NCBI RefSeq assembly: GCF_009834535.1
Contig: NC_045696.1
Location: 55,244,001-55,308,000, forward strand
DNA from: Camelus ferus
Taxonomy: Eukaryota
Direction: 5' to 3'
DNA: 64,000 nucleotides
Shown: positions 12,531-25,965 of the stretch, one piece after another
Layout of the letters: each line of letters begins with the position of its first letter
Position numbering within the stretch: position 1 is the stretch's first letter
Program-made: the position numbers and the translations under genes
The notes under the pieces: generated by a model
What the model saw: the letters and a program-made list of their open reading frames with translations, nothing else
Databases searched by the model: none
What the model was told of the DNA's origin: nothing

Positions 12531-14754
12531 TCAAATCATACATTTGGAAACTACAAAAATGTATAGTCAGTATGTAGATAAATCAATAATATCATTATCC
12601 CAAGGACAATACTGTGCATATTTTGTTTTATGTTTATTTGAATTTTTTACATTTTATTGGTAAACAATTTTAGGCTTACAGAAGAGCTGCAAAAATAGTA
12701 GAAGTATTATTGTATTTCTGTATATATATCCTTCACCCAGCTTCCCCTAATGCTAACAATTTGCAGAATCAAAGCAACTATCAAATCAGGAAATTAACAT
12801 AGATACAATACCATCAACGAAACTAAAGACCTTATTTGAATTTTGCCAGTTTATTCTCTATTGCCCTTTTTCTATTCCAGGATCTAACCCAGGATTCTAT
12901 GTTGCATTTAATTGTATTCCCTTAGCCTCTTCCAATCTATGACAGTTTCTCAATCTCTACTTGCCTTTCATGGCCTTAGGACTTTTGATAAGGTTGTCTC
13001 TCAGTTTGGGTTTGCCTAGTGTTTTCTAATGATTAGATGGAGGTTATGCATTTTTATAATAATACCACAGAAGTCATGCTGTGTCGTTCTCATACAATAT
13101 TTCAGGGGTACATATGTTGATAAGTCTTAATACTGATGATGTTAACACTGAGCATTTAGTTAGGGTGGTGTCCGTTGGGGTTCTTCACGGCCAAATTACT
13201 GTTTTCCCCTTTGTAATTGATATAGTGGCTGAGATACTTTGAGATGATGTTAATAGTCTCTTTTCTCTGAAATTTCCCCCCACTGATACAGCATCCATCA
13301 GTCGATTTTGCCTGCAACAATTAATACTGTGATATTTGCCTAATGGTCATTTTTTTCACCTCTCTCATTCTGTATTCATTAATTGGAATTCTTCTGTAAG
13401 AAAGAGCGATTACTTTTCCCTCACTTATTTACATATTCAATTATAAATTTTGGATGAGTATGACTCAATGATATTTATTTATTTTATGGGTTATAATCCA
13501 ATACTACCATCACTTATTGCATTGGTCAAATTGTTCCAGCTGTGGCCATTGGGAGTTCCTTCAGGTTGGTTCTTGTATCCTTTTGACATGCCCCAATCAT
13601 TTTTCAGACACTTCTGGTACCATAATGCCCATCCTGTATTTTCCCTGCCCCTGCCCTGGAATCAAGCACTCATTTACTGAACCCTGGTTCCTGTTACTGA
13701 AAAATGGCATTTAAAAAACCAGGTTCTGGGTATGCTCATGTCTTCCAAGGTCTGGATGGTGGAGCAGATTTCTCTTAGACCCTCTCAGTGGACAAAGCTT
13801 GGCAATGTACATATATGTACAATAACCTATGCATATATGTACATTAATTTTTAGATCTGTCTATATGTATATTTACACACGTGATATATACTCATATTTA
13901 TATATATATATATGTATGTATGAATTTATACTGATACCTCCAATTCTAATGTAATATCACAATGTTTATTCTAGCCTTCCCCATTTCCCTATTTGTAACT
14001 TCTTTCTCTTCTAGTAAGATACTTGGTTCTCATTATCTACAACATAGTCACTTATTTGTTCAGTCCTAGGACACACATAAAGTAGTTACAGAATTGCTGA
14101 AACAAAGCTCTGTAAAAGCAGATTTATTAACAAGAATATAGTATCTGTGTACAATTCCTTTTATCTTTAGTCTTACAGCATTCAGTGAAAATAATATTTT
14201 CCGAAGTTACTCAGGTTATTTTCTTCCTTATTCTATTCACTGTAGTTATTTACTTATAATACAGCTATGTTCATTAGTCACTGTACTCATTTTGGATTCC
14301 TCCGACATCCTGGTTGATTTATTGTGGGGCAGGGGGAGGAGAAAATATGAAACTACATGATTGTGGTATGTCAAAGTTATACAAAAATGCGTACTCAGGG
14401 AAGAGCTGCTCCCTTCTCACCCCTACTATCTTATTTCTATTAAAGGTTTCTTTTTAATCCCTTTTCCAACAGGTCCATGTAGGTAAATAATTTCTGATTC
14501 ATCTTTCTTATATTTTTTGTACAAATGTGCTGATATCTGTACATTTTCTTATATCCTCATCTTCCTTATATGAAGGGTAGTGAAATAGTTTGTTTTTGTT
14601 CTTTGTTTTGTTTTGTTTTTACACTTTGCTATATGTGCTTCACAGTGTGTTCTGGAAATCATCCCAAATCAGTTCATAGAGAACCTCCCCTTTCCTCTCC
14701 TCTCCTCTCTTTTCTTTCTTTCCTATAGCTGTATAATACTCATTGTGTGGATAA

Positions 14755-15177
14755 TGTTGGGAATCTTTTGTTATTTCTTCACATCTTTTGAGCAAGGCAT
14801 TGACTGCCCTTTGTTCTGGACTATCTTTTCAGGCATGTTTATATGGCCAACCACCTTGGAAAACAGAGATTGTGTCTCCTTCAAACAAAGGCAGGCACAC
14901 TTACTGTCCATTATAAAAGATCCAGGTTCCCTAATCTCAGATCTCCTCTTCCATGCAGTCACCACCTGTGCAGGTTTACCTGGTACTCTTTGCTTTGCTC
15001 TGTGGAATTTGGGAGTCAGGAAACTAATGCCCAAATTGGCTACTATATCTGCTCGAAGTAATAAACTATCCTCCTTCTCTGACCCGAGTCTTCCAGATTT
15101 CATGAAGTTGTGGCATGGAAGACTACCTGGTTAACTTGCATGTAGGGTAAAATCTCAGATGCTCACAGTTCTTGACA
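14755..15177 (+). mobile_element. ERVL solo LTR, LTR40-like
   Basis: TG...CA termini (tgttggga...gtagggtaaaatctcagatgctcacagttcttgaca), TATA-like cattataaaa and aataaa; the host L1 reads through (cattgtgtggat | gtgtcataattt); partial TSD gataa/gatgt. Confidence 0.88.
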
Positions 15178-15225
15178 GATGTGTCATAATTTATCTAACC
15201 ACTATCCTATATTGGGGCATTTAGG

Positions 15226-15470
15226 TACCATAGTTTCATAAATGCTGGCAGAAGACATGAAATCCCTAGACAAAAGACAAAGGATTTCGCTTCTCAAGGC
15301 TCAGCAAGCAGCAAGAGCTCCATGTGTGTATTGGTTTCACTTGCTCCCCAGGTGCAGGGGGGTGATGTGCAATGGCCCAGGTAGATCCTGCACACATAGA
15401 AGATTTGTGCCACATCTGAGGAGACTTGAATTTAGGGAACACAAAGCTTCCATATTGGGTTGTAAGCATT
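15226..15470 (-). mobile_element. Second LTR40-like fragment, inverted relative to the first
   Basis: catagtttcataaatgctggcagaagacatga...gacaaagga...cagcaagcagcaagagc...ggcccaggtagatcctgcaca matches the reverse complement of the LTR40 3' half as remembered. Confidence 0.8.
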
Positions 15471-16468
15471 CCCATCAAATAATGTTTGAAATCGCTTGCT
15501 TTTCCATAGGCTCACCAAAAGAACGTGTTTTTCACTTTTCAATTTCTGCTAGTCTGATATTGATGAAATATATCATTTTTGTTTTAATTTGTTTCTCTAT
15601 CAGTGAGTTTGAACATTTTTATATGATTGAGAGACATATATACCTTTTTTTGTGAAGCGCCCGTTCATGTCATTTTACCATTTTTCCATTAGGTTTTTTT
15701 TGAAGACTTGAAGGAAAAAGGAAAAAAGATCTTTATATTTTAAATAATAGCTTTTATCTGCAGTATATGTTGTGAATATTTTCTCCAAGTTTGTCAGTTG
15801 TGTTTTGACTTTGTTTATGGTGTTTTGTGCATTGCAATTTTAAAATTTTTATGTAGTCAAATTTATTAATTTTTTGCTTTAAAAACCTCTGGATTTTAAG
15901 GGATAGTTAGAAAGCCTTTGTTACATTAAGATTTAAAAGGAATTTACCTGTATTTTCTTCTAGTATTAATATGGTTTCAATTTTCACATTTAGAATTCCT
16001 AAGTGATTTGGAGTTTATTCTTACGTACAGTGTGTGATACAAGCCTAACTTTACCCTTTTCAAAATAGTCCCAGCTACGTTTATTTAAGTCCATCTTGGT
16101 CCCAGTGACATAAGGTGACATCTTTAACATGTTCTAAATTTTCACTTGTATTGTGGGTCTATTCCTGTACAGTCTATTCATACACCAGTCTTAGATCTTC
16201 CAGTTTTGTTAATGCAGTTCAACACGGCTGAGATCATAAGGTATAAACAATTTTGTATACTGCGCTTTCACTTCACATTATAGTAATTATATTCTGTAAC
16301 ATCACTTAAAACACTTGAAATTATTTTAAGAGATTTCATAAAAACATTATGTTTTATGTTATGAATATAATTTAATTTACTTTAACATCCCTCATTTTCC
16401 AACATTTAGATTGCTTCAGATTTTCTGCTATTATAAACAGTACTATAATGAAGAGGTAATATTTGCTT

Positions 16469-19400
16469 CTTTATTAAAGGTTTTATTTTGTAATAATTGT
16501 AGATTCTTACAACATGCAGTTCGAAGAAATAATGCAGAGAGACCCCACGTGTCTTTACCTAGTTTTCCTAATTGCAATATCTTGCAGAAATAAAGTACAA
16601 TATCACAACCAGGACATCGACGCTGCTGTAGTCAAGATACTGCAAGTTTCCATCCCCACGGGATCCCTCAAGTTGTACACCCACTGCCTTCCACCTCCCT
16701 CTCCCTCCCCCAACACTCCTTTACCCTGGCAAGCACTACTCTATTCTCCAATTCTATAATTTTGTCACTTCAAGAACAAATGAATTGCACATACATAACA
16801 TTTTGAGACTTGCTTTTTGCACATGGCTTGATTTCCAGGAGATTCACCCAAGTGTTGAACATCAATAGTTTGTTCTTTTTACTGCTGAGTTGTGTTCCAC
16901 AGTGTGGATGGACCACAGCTTTTTTAGCCATTCATCACTGAAGTATATCTGGACGGTTCCAAGTTTGGAGCTATTACAAATAAACCCACTGTGAACATTC
17001 ACGAGAAAGATTTTTTGTGAATATGTTTTTATTATCTTCCTATTATCTGCCTAAGAATTTCAGGTTACATGGTAGCTTCATGTTTTTTAAAAAATTGCCA
17101 AACTATTTTCCCACAGTGGCTGGGCCATTTTTCATTCCCACCAACAGCATATGAGCGATCTCATTTCTTCACATTTTCACCAGCATTTGATGTTGTATTT
17201 TTAAAGTTATTACTATTTTCACCATTGTGTTTGCATGTGTGTGGTTTTAATTGTGTTTTTCATTTGAATTTCCTCAGTGACTAATGATGTTGAATATCTT
17301 TTCAGGTATTTAATTGCTAGCTGTATGTTCTCTTCAGTGGAATATCTGTTCATGTTTTTTGCCTGTTTTCTATTTGGATTATTTGATGTTTTTTAATGTT
17401 GAGATTGAGAGTTCTTCATATAGTTTAGATAAGAAAGAGTTCTTTGTTGAACATGTGATTTCCAAATATTTTCTCTATGTCTGTACCTTGTCAAATCTGT
17501 ATCTTGTCATCCTCTGAACAAGCAATTGGAGTTGCTTCTCCAATTCCATTTTTTTTTTTGAGAATTTTGTCAAATATTTTCTGCAACAATTGAAATGATC
17601 ATATAATTTTCTTCTTTGGATTTTCATATACTGAATTACACTTTTTTTGAATATTGTATCAGGCTTGTGTTCTGGGAATATACCCACTGTGATAATTCTT
17701 TTTATGTATTTCTGAAGTAATTTGCTAATATTTTGTTAAAGATTTTTGCATCTATGTTCATAAGGCATATTGTTTATAGTTACTAGTTTTGTTTTTGATT
17801 TGTTTTGTTTTATTTTTTTGTACTACCTTTTTCTGGTTTTGGTGTCAGGCTAATACTAGCTTCACAAAATGAACTGAAAAGTGTTTCCTTTCATTTCCTG
17901 GAAGAGATGGTGTAGGTGGTGTAGCATTGGTGTTATTTCACAATGGTGTAGACTTCTCTAGGGGAATCATCTGGGGCCTAGAGATTTCTTTTTTAAGGGT
18001 TTTAAAATTACATATTCAATTTCCTTAATAGTTATAGAGCTATTCAGATGATCCATTTCATAGTGGGTGAGTTGTGGTAGTTCTTGCTTTTCAAGGAATT
18101 GGCCTGTTTCATCTTAGTTGTCAAATTTAAGTGTGCAGAGTTGTTCACGGTACCCCTTTCTGTCCTTCTGATGTCTGCAGGATCTGCAGTGATAGTCTCT
18201 GTTTCATTCCTGATATTGGGTAATTTGTGTATGTTCTTTTTTTTTAAAATCTTTGTAGAGGTTTGTCAATATCATTGATCTTTTTAAAAAACTAACTTTC
18301 TCTTTCATTGACTTTCTCTCCTGCCTTTCTGTTTTCAATTTCATTGACTTATGTTTTTATATTTCCTTCCTCCTGCTTAATTTGGGTTTACTTTGTTCTT
18401 CTTTGTCCAGGTTCTTGAAGTAGGGGCTTAGATTATTGCTTTGAGATGTTTCTTGTTTTCTAATCTAAGCACTCAGTGGTATAAATTCCTCTCTCAACAT
18501 GGCTTCTGTCTCCCATAAACTCTGACAGGGTGTGTTTTCATTTTCATGCACTTCAGTGTATCTTTTTTAATGTCTGTGAGACTTGCTCTTTGATACATGG
18601 GTTTTTTAGAAGTAGTTTGTTTTATTTCCAAGTGGTTGGACATTCTTCAGTTATCTGTTATTTACTACTACTTTGATTCCATTGTGACCATAGAACATTC
18701 TCTGTGTTATTTCAATTATTCAAAATGTATTAAATATTGTTTTCTGACCCAGGATATGTTCTATCTTAATATATTTCATGAGCATTTGAAAAGAATGTGT
18801 GTTTTATTATGGTAGGATAAAATGTTCTATAAATATTGATTAGATCCTGTTGTTTAATGGTATTCTTGAGTTCTATATCTTTGCTGATTTTCTGTCTTGT
18901 TTAATCAATTATTGACAAAAGGACGTAGAGGTCTCCAACTACGGTTTGCAGATTTATCTGTTTAGCCTTTCAGTTCTGTTTGAGCTTCACACGTTTTGTG
19001 GCTCTATTGTTTGGTGCATACACATCTAGGCTTGTTATGTCTTATTGGTGGATGGACTCTCATCATTACATAGTGTCATTTATTTTCTGTGTCTGATAAC
19101 TTATTGTGCTATAAAGTCTACTTTACCTGATATTCATACAGCCACTTTTACCTTTTAAAGTTTGCATGATATATGTATTTTCCCATCTTTTTACTCTCAA
19201 CTTGCCTGTTTCACTGTGTTTGAAGTGAGACTGTATAGACAGCACATGGTTGGGTCAGTTTTTTTTTTTTAATTCACTCAGCCAGTATGTCTTTTAATTG
19301 ATGTACTTAGACCATTTACAATTAATAAGATTATTGACATATCAGAGCTATGTTTTCTAGTTTACTATTGCACTTTGCTCTGTTTTTTAGTTTTTCATCT

Positions 19401-21056
19401 TCTTTTTCCTGCCTTCATGAGGGTTAGCTGAACATCTTTTAGAATATCGTTTTGACTTACATATAGTGTTTGTGAATGCATCTCTTTGTATAGCTTTGTC
19501 AGTAGTTGCCTGGTTACATTACACATACATAAATTATCACAGTCTATTGGTGCTAACATTTTACTAGCTTAAGCTTAGAAACCCTTCCTCCTTTGACATC
19601 CCTTTATCTCCCCTATGTATAATATAATTGATGTAAATATTTTCTCTATGTACATTTAAAGCCACATCAGATAGTGTTATAACTTTGCTTCAAGTGTCAA
19701 AGATAACTTAGAAAACTCAGAAAAGAAAAAAAGTCTACTGTATTTACTCAGTTTTTGTTCTTTCCATTGTTCTTTCTTCATTTCTGATATTCCAGAATGT
19801 CTTCTTTTAACATTTCCTGTCTGTTTAGAGAACCTCCCTCTACCATACTTGTAAGGTAGGTCTTCTGGTGACAAGTTGTCTTAGATTTCCTTCCTTGGAG
19901 AATGTCTTGATTTCCCCTTCATTCCTGTTGGATATGTGTAATGGATTCAGAATTCTGGGTTGACAAGTATTTTCTTCTAGTACTAGAAAAATCTTGTGCC
20001 ACTTCTTCCTGGCTTTCATGTTTTCTGGTAAGAAATATGTCATCTTTTTAATTGTTTTTTCTCCACAGAAAAGTTATCATTTTTCTCTCACTGCTTTCAA
20101 GATTTTTCCTTTGCTTTAATTCTCAGAAATTTGATTATCATGTGTCTTGGTGTGGATTTCTTCAGGTGTATTCTGTTTTGGGTTCACTCAGCTTCTAGAG
20201 TCTATAAATTATGCCTTTTACCAAATTTGGGGAAATTCAGTCATTATTTTTTCAAGTACTCTTTCAGCCCCATCCTCTTTCTCCTCTATTTCCAGGTCTC
20301 CAGTAACACAAATGTCATACTGGTAATAATCTTGCAGGTCCCTGAGATGCAGGCCATTTTGCAGGGTATTTTCACTCTGTTGTTTAGATTGAGTAATTTC
20401 TACTGTTCTGTCATCAAGTTCACTGGTTCTTTCCTGTGTCCCCTCTATTCTCTACTGAGATTTTTATTTCAGTTATTATATTTTTCAGTTCTAATTTTTC
20501 ATTTAGTTCCCCTTAACATCTTCTATTTCTTTGTTGAGACTTTGTTATTTCATTTGTTTCAAGTGTGTTTGTAGTTGCATCCTGAAGCATTTTTCTGACG
20601 GCGGCTTTAAAATCTCTGTCAGATGATTCTAACATCTTTGTCATCTTGGAAGTGGTGTCTGTTGATTGTCTTTTCATTCAAGTTCAGATTTTCCTAGTTC
20701 TTGGTATGATTAAGTGATTCTTCTTTTAAAACCTGTACCTTTTGGATATTATATTATAAGACTCTGGATTTTACTTAAAACCTCTTCTAGTTAGCTTTCC
20801 CTGACACTGTTCTGACAGGGGAAGGGCTAAGTCCTACTTCTTTACTTCCAGGTGGGGTTAGAAGTCCAGGTACTGGACATTCAGGAAGATGGACTGCTCA
20901 TTACCTCTGGGCAGGGTTGGGACTTCTGGCCCCCCACCAGGCCTCCGCTGATACGACCCTGGCTAGGGGAGGTAGGAGTGCCATATTACTGCTTTCCATG
21001 TTGTACTTAGTGGGAGGAATAGGAAAAAGTACATCTACCCCATCTTCCCTGAAGCC
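16469..21056 (-). mobile_element. L1 (L1MC/L1MD-type) retaining both termini, with large internal deletions
   Basis: 3' UTR from ~16470; RT-start homology in ORF 17475-17687 (MGIFPEHK... resembles VGFIPGMQ...); ORF1 C-terminus in ORF 19840-20043 (CQPRILNP...RNEGEIKTFS); 5' end ccatcttccctgaag at ~21040-21054; TSD taatatttgctt (16457-16468) / taatattttctt (21057-21068). Confidence 0.88.
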
Positions 21057-21068
21057 TAATATTTTCTT

Positions 21069-21840
21069 TTAAAATTTACTATGTCTATAAAACAAAACAC
21101 ATAAAATACAATTATTGGAGCAAGGGGTAGGAATGTTTTAAAAGTTTCTGGTGTATATTTCCAAATTACCTTAAGAATGTTTTTATCAATTATTAAATTT
21201 ATATGTAATATGGAATGCTTTCTGTTGTATCATATTTTCTTTAGCATTCTGTATTACTGTTTTTTAATTCTTCCTTAATTTGATAGACAAAATGTAGTAT
21301 TTCATAATCGTTCTAAGGGATAGTTTTGTGGTAATTAATAATGGTGAACATTTTCTTCCAAATTTTTAGTAGCCACTTCAGGTTACCCTCTTATGAGTTG
21401 TTTGTTCACATACATTTTTTAACTCTTTAATTTTGTGAGTTCTAATAGTTTTCTTATCTTTTTATAAGTTCTTTATATATTTAAATATTAACTTTTTCTA
21501 TCATATTTACTGTTTGTACTGACCTTTCTAATTCTCTATAGTTTTTGATGTACATACATTAAAATTTTTATGTAGTTAAACCTATTGATATTTTCCTGTG
21601 TGATTATTTTTAACAATTACAAGGTTAAAAAATGCTTTCCACTCCAGAAATTTAATAAATATTTCCTCTGTTGTATCAAGTTTCTTTTTTGTCTATTATG
21701 TCCACAAATTAGTGGTCCTCTTATATTTATTTTAGTACAAAGTATATTAAGTCAGATACAAGTAATGGCTCCTATATTTTTATATATAGCTCATTAATTT
21801 TCCTACAAACATTTACTAACTTTTTAAAAACTGTTTAAAG
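21069..21840 (-). mobile_element. Old L1ME4-like fragment, continuing the piece at ~16200-16456
   Basis: caattattggagcaaggggtaggaatg...atttccaaattacc...aatttgatagacaaaatgtagtatttcat continues the L1ME consensus interrupted at 16456. Confidence 0.65.
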
Positions 21841-21959
21841 AAACTCTTATGTAATCATAGCTATGTCCTTATCACAGAGCACTGAATTCTAGGCTGACAT
21901 GCAATACTTTCAAATGCCGAGGGTGACAGAGAAGTCAGCATCATTCAGCTCATGAGCAC

Positions 21960-22305
21960 TGCCATGGTCTGAACATTTGTGTGCCCTGAAAATTCTTACG
22001 TTGAAATCCTAATCCCCAAGGTAATGTATAAAGAAGTGGGGCCTCTGGGAGGTGATTAGGTCATGAGAGTAGAGCCCTCACGATTGGGATTAGTGCTCTA
22101 ATAAAACAGACCCCAGAAAGACTCCTCATCCCTCCCATAATGTGAGGAGGACACAGTGAGAAGATGGGCTCTCACCAGACTCCACATCTGCCAGTGCTAT
22201 GATCCTAGACTTCCCAGCCTCCAGAACTGTGACAAATAAATGTTTGTTGTTCATAAACCACTCAATTCTGGTATTTTGTTACAGCAGCCTCAACAGACTT
22301 AGACT
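21960..22305 (+). mobile_element. MaLR solo LTR (MLT1A0-like)
   Basis: tgccatggtctgaacatttgtgtgccc...gttgaaatcctaatccccaagg...gacttcccagcctccagaactgtga...gttacagcagcc...gacttagact; TSD agcac/accac. Confidence 0.92.
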
Positions 22306-23426
22306 ACCACAGAACACAGAAGCAATACTTCTGCGTACTTTGAGGGACTTTAACAATAGAACTGACAAGGTTAAAGTGAATCCAGGGTCTAATCAATGTC
22401 AACAGTGACAATATCCTACAGGCAGCCCTCCCTGGGGACTCAGGAAACCTGACAACCTCACAAGGGAGGATTCGTGACATTCTCAGGAAATTTCAAGTAT
22501 CTGGTGGGATCCAGTTTAGATCTACACTGAAGGAAAGATTAAAACGTAGAATCTTGTGATTAAATAGCAAAGGGTAGCTTTAAGTTTACAGTCTACCACT
22601 ACCAAAAACATAAGATACCATGTCAGTTTGCTGCAAAGTACATTTATACAATAAAATTTAAAGTATTTGAAGCCTGCCCATCAGAGCTCCACTATGTGAG
22701 CAGAATAGAGAAATGTATCCACTTCATGCCAGTCCACCAGGGTCAGGAACCAAGATGCATTTTAGATGACATAAGTCATATTTTACAAAATAGCCCATGT
22801 GCTCTGGAAATAAAAATAACTTAGAGTCTTTAATCCTGGGATTTCCACAGGCAAACATTTCTTGATCTTACGTCTCTTTCTGGGCCCTCCATGCCCACTT
22901 TGCACTTCCCAGTTATGCCCCTCTACTCCTTGTCTTCCTTAATTCTCCCTCATCATCCTTCCAGGCATGCCCCTCTTCTCCCTGGAAACAGTTCAACTTC
23001 TCTCTCTACTGTCTTATTGTCCAAGATGACTTTAGTCTCAAGATGTGATGACTTGGTTATTGGCTCCTTGAAAACTGGCTTTCTTCAGTGTCCACATTTC
23101 CACATATGGGCCATAATACTCCTCAAAATAAAGAATAGTTCAAATCATATATACTTGAGGAAAGGATTTATTTTATATAAATAGATGTGATAAGATAGAT
23201 ACATTAACATGTTGGTATTCATCACTTCCCTTTTGCTTACTCAACTTTTTCTCTGAGTCCCACTCTGTAAAAAAAGAACCAAAGCTACTTAGGAAGGTTA
23301 TCACAAGAAAAGCAATCAGGAGAATAATTATAATTACCAGGGCCATTGTGTACATAAAGAAGAAAGGGGGACTGAAGAAACACGGTGGAATTATCAGGAT
23401 GGGGTAGATAGAGAGTCTGGAGTATT

Positions 23427-23474
23427 AAAAAAAAAAGAAAGAAAGAAAGAAAGAAAGAATGAAAGAAAAAAAAA
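23427..23474 (+). repeat. A-rich (GAAA)n microsatellite
   Basis: aaaaaaaaaagaaagaaagaaagaaagaaagaatgaaagaaaa read directly. Confidence 0.95.
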
Positions 23475-23808
23475 ACAGTAAGCAAGAGACTCCAAGTTTG
23501 GAAGATTAGAAAATAGAACAAAACATTTTAGTAGAAGCTGCCAAGAATTCTCAATGTTAAAAAAGATATTGAATAAATATCATAATGTACCTTTCCGTCT
23601 TGATTTTAAAAATGCAAAACTACTCTGGGACCAGAGCTACACTACTGAGATCACAACTTTATAAATATTGCATATTCATTAAACCAACAATGTCTTCAGA
23701 GTATTATTTTTGGTGGGGGAAGGGAGATGGTAGAACACAAGAGTATTCAGATCTATATACCATCCCTATTAAACCATTAACTCCTTCAGATCAGGGCATC
23801 TGTCTGAT

Positions 23809-23891
23809 GTTTTTCTAGCTTTATTGAGATATAATTGACATATAACATTGTGTAAGTTTAAGGTGCACAACACGATGATGTGATATAGACA
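23809..23891 (-). mobile_element. Severely 5'-truncated L1 (L1MA/L1_Art-type 3' tip) inserted in an L2 tail
   Basis: gctttattgagatataattgacatataacattgtgtaagtttaaggtgcacaac; TSD cagggcatctgtctgat (23792-23808) / caaggaatctgtcttat (23892-23908), 14/17. Confidence 0.85.
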
Positions 23892-25674
23892 CAAGGAATC
23901 TGTCTTATTGATAACCACACTTCCAGTCCCTCATACGTCGTCTTAATCCCTGGCACATGGTGGGTGTCTCATAAATGAATGGTGAATGAATGACATAAGG
24001 CCTTTATGTGCTAGCTCTGGGCTAAATGTATCTGAATGGTTTCTGAAAGTCAGATCAGTCCATCCTTTCTGGATGATAAAATCAACTCTACCAAGGTAGT
24101 CTTTCTTGGTACAAGAGGCTACAAGGACTGCAATTCAAGCCCTTCAGTTCAGACTAGAGCAACCATCATGATCATCCCTGATGCCTAGAGAAGAAAAGAA
24201 AGTGGATCCGCCGCTAGAAGCCAATTTAGAGATTTGAGAGTAAAACAGGTTAAGAGTTTTAAATAACAGGTTTATAATAATCCTAAGAAAACAGACTTCA
24301 GAATTGCCTAAGAAACTCTGGAATGTCCAAAGATTAGAGAGATGAAAGCCTGGCCCCCAGGAGAGGAACTGAATACAGTCAAAAGGCTTAAGGATAGAAA
24401 TGGGGTTAACTTAACGCAGTTTACATTCCTGTAAATGCGATTTATTTTTATACACATCCAAAAGGAAAGTTTGTGTGTACTGCCTTGTGATAATTCTCTA
24501 GTTCGCTGTAGACAGACTAATGAATAAAGCACTATACTTTGTTAAGAGGAGTTAGAGCATTATTTACACATTACTCAATAAAGAAAAAATGGGCAAGGAA
24601 ATTGGTGCTAGGATAATTAAAGCCCATCACCCACATAAAAGGCCTTTATTCCTTCTGCCTCCTCCTTCTAGGATGAGGTGGGATTGCTGAACAATTATAG
24701 GCAGGCTAAGGAAGAAAGGGAGAAAAGAAGAAGGACAGGAGAGGAGACAGGAAGGGGGAGAACAGAGGGCCGGGGGAGGGAGGGCAGTGAGGAGCAGACA
24801 AAGATGAAGACATGCATTTCTGGAACTATTGCAAATTAAATACTCTGAATAACTGATCTTGATAGAAGCAACTAAAACACTGGATTAAAAAAACACAGTG
24901 AAATGCATTTTTAAACACACTGCTGGAGTGACACAGAAAGAATCCCCAGAGCCCAAAAACTCAAGTGAAATCAAGCTTTCTGGAAAATAAGTAAGCGCCA
25001 GAACAAGTTTCCTTGAAGCCCCCGTTTGAACCCTGAAGACTCTAAGCTTCTACATCATCAGCTACGTGAGCAGCAGGTCTGGGGAATATGGGATAAAATC
25101 CCAGGCTCCCAAGAGCTCCCCCTCAGAAAGAGGATGGATGAGAAACTAACCCTGCTGGATACCAAACAGGACCATTACTCTCCATTTGGGGATGAGACGG
25201 AGGTGAAGAAACATTCCTGATCATCTGTAACAAGGCAGCCTACATGGGCGTTTGGTCTACATTCATCTTATCTGAAAAACCTTACTTGGAGAATTTGATT
25301 TAAAGTGACCCCAGGTTAGTAGACACCCTAGGTTCTTGGGGGAAGGAAAAACACACACACACACACACACAAATAAAAAAGGCTCCTTGACTGAAGAGCT
25401 TCAGAAACAAGCAAGAGTCTGTCCACAAGCATACAAACACTTCAGATACAATTCAGACACAGAGCATACATCACTTACACTTCATTTAGTGCTTAGAAAC
25501 AGAAGAGAAGCTTGATAACATAAGCAGGAAAACAACCAATAAGACTTGAAAAAATCCACTAAGTGAGGACAAATTAAACAGGATATTAGAAACCACCAAA
25601 GAGAGAACAATCTTATGACTCAGGGTAAAGGACTTCTTAGACAAGACAATAAAAGTAAAAACCAAAAAACACAT

Positions 25675-25921
25675 AATAATAATAAAATCCTTCCTCATCA
25701 AGCACTTCTTATATTCCAGGCACCATCATCTCATTTCACACGTATCATTTCATGTAATCCTCCCAATAGCCCACTGAAGTAGATATTATTATTATCCCCA
25801 CTTAACAGATGAGGAAACTGATGCACTGAGACATTAAGTAACTTGTCCTAAGTCACACAGCTAGCAAGTGGCAGTGCTCCAATTTGAATCCAGGCAGCCT
25901 GGCTCCAGAGTCTGAGCCTTT
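25675..25921 (-). mobile_element. Near full-length MIR
   Basis: attatccccacttaacagatgaggaaactgatgcactgagacattaagtaacttgtcctaagtcacacagctagcaagtggcag...tttgaatccaggcagcctggctccagagtc. Confidence 0.92.
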
Positions 25922-25965
25922 GAGTAAAGAGATATAAATTTGATTACATCAAAATTTAAAACCTT

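Larger units (their letters stand above)
12630..16190 (-). mobile_element. Old L1 (L1MC/L1ME-type) 3' UTR and ORF2 end, interrupted by two LTR40-like elements
   Basis: T-rich 3' end aattttaggcttacagaagagctgcaaaaatag...cccagcttcccctaatgctaac; ORF2-end motifs at 15500-16190 (gtgagtttgaacattttt, atgtagtcaaatttatt). May comprise more than one subfamily. Confidence 0.8.

Noticed and set aside
14613..15134. Longest ORF (173 aa), hydrophobic
   Set aside because: It runs from an antisense L1 T-rich tract across the junction into the LTR40-like element and starts at TTG; consistent with a chance frame.
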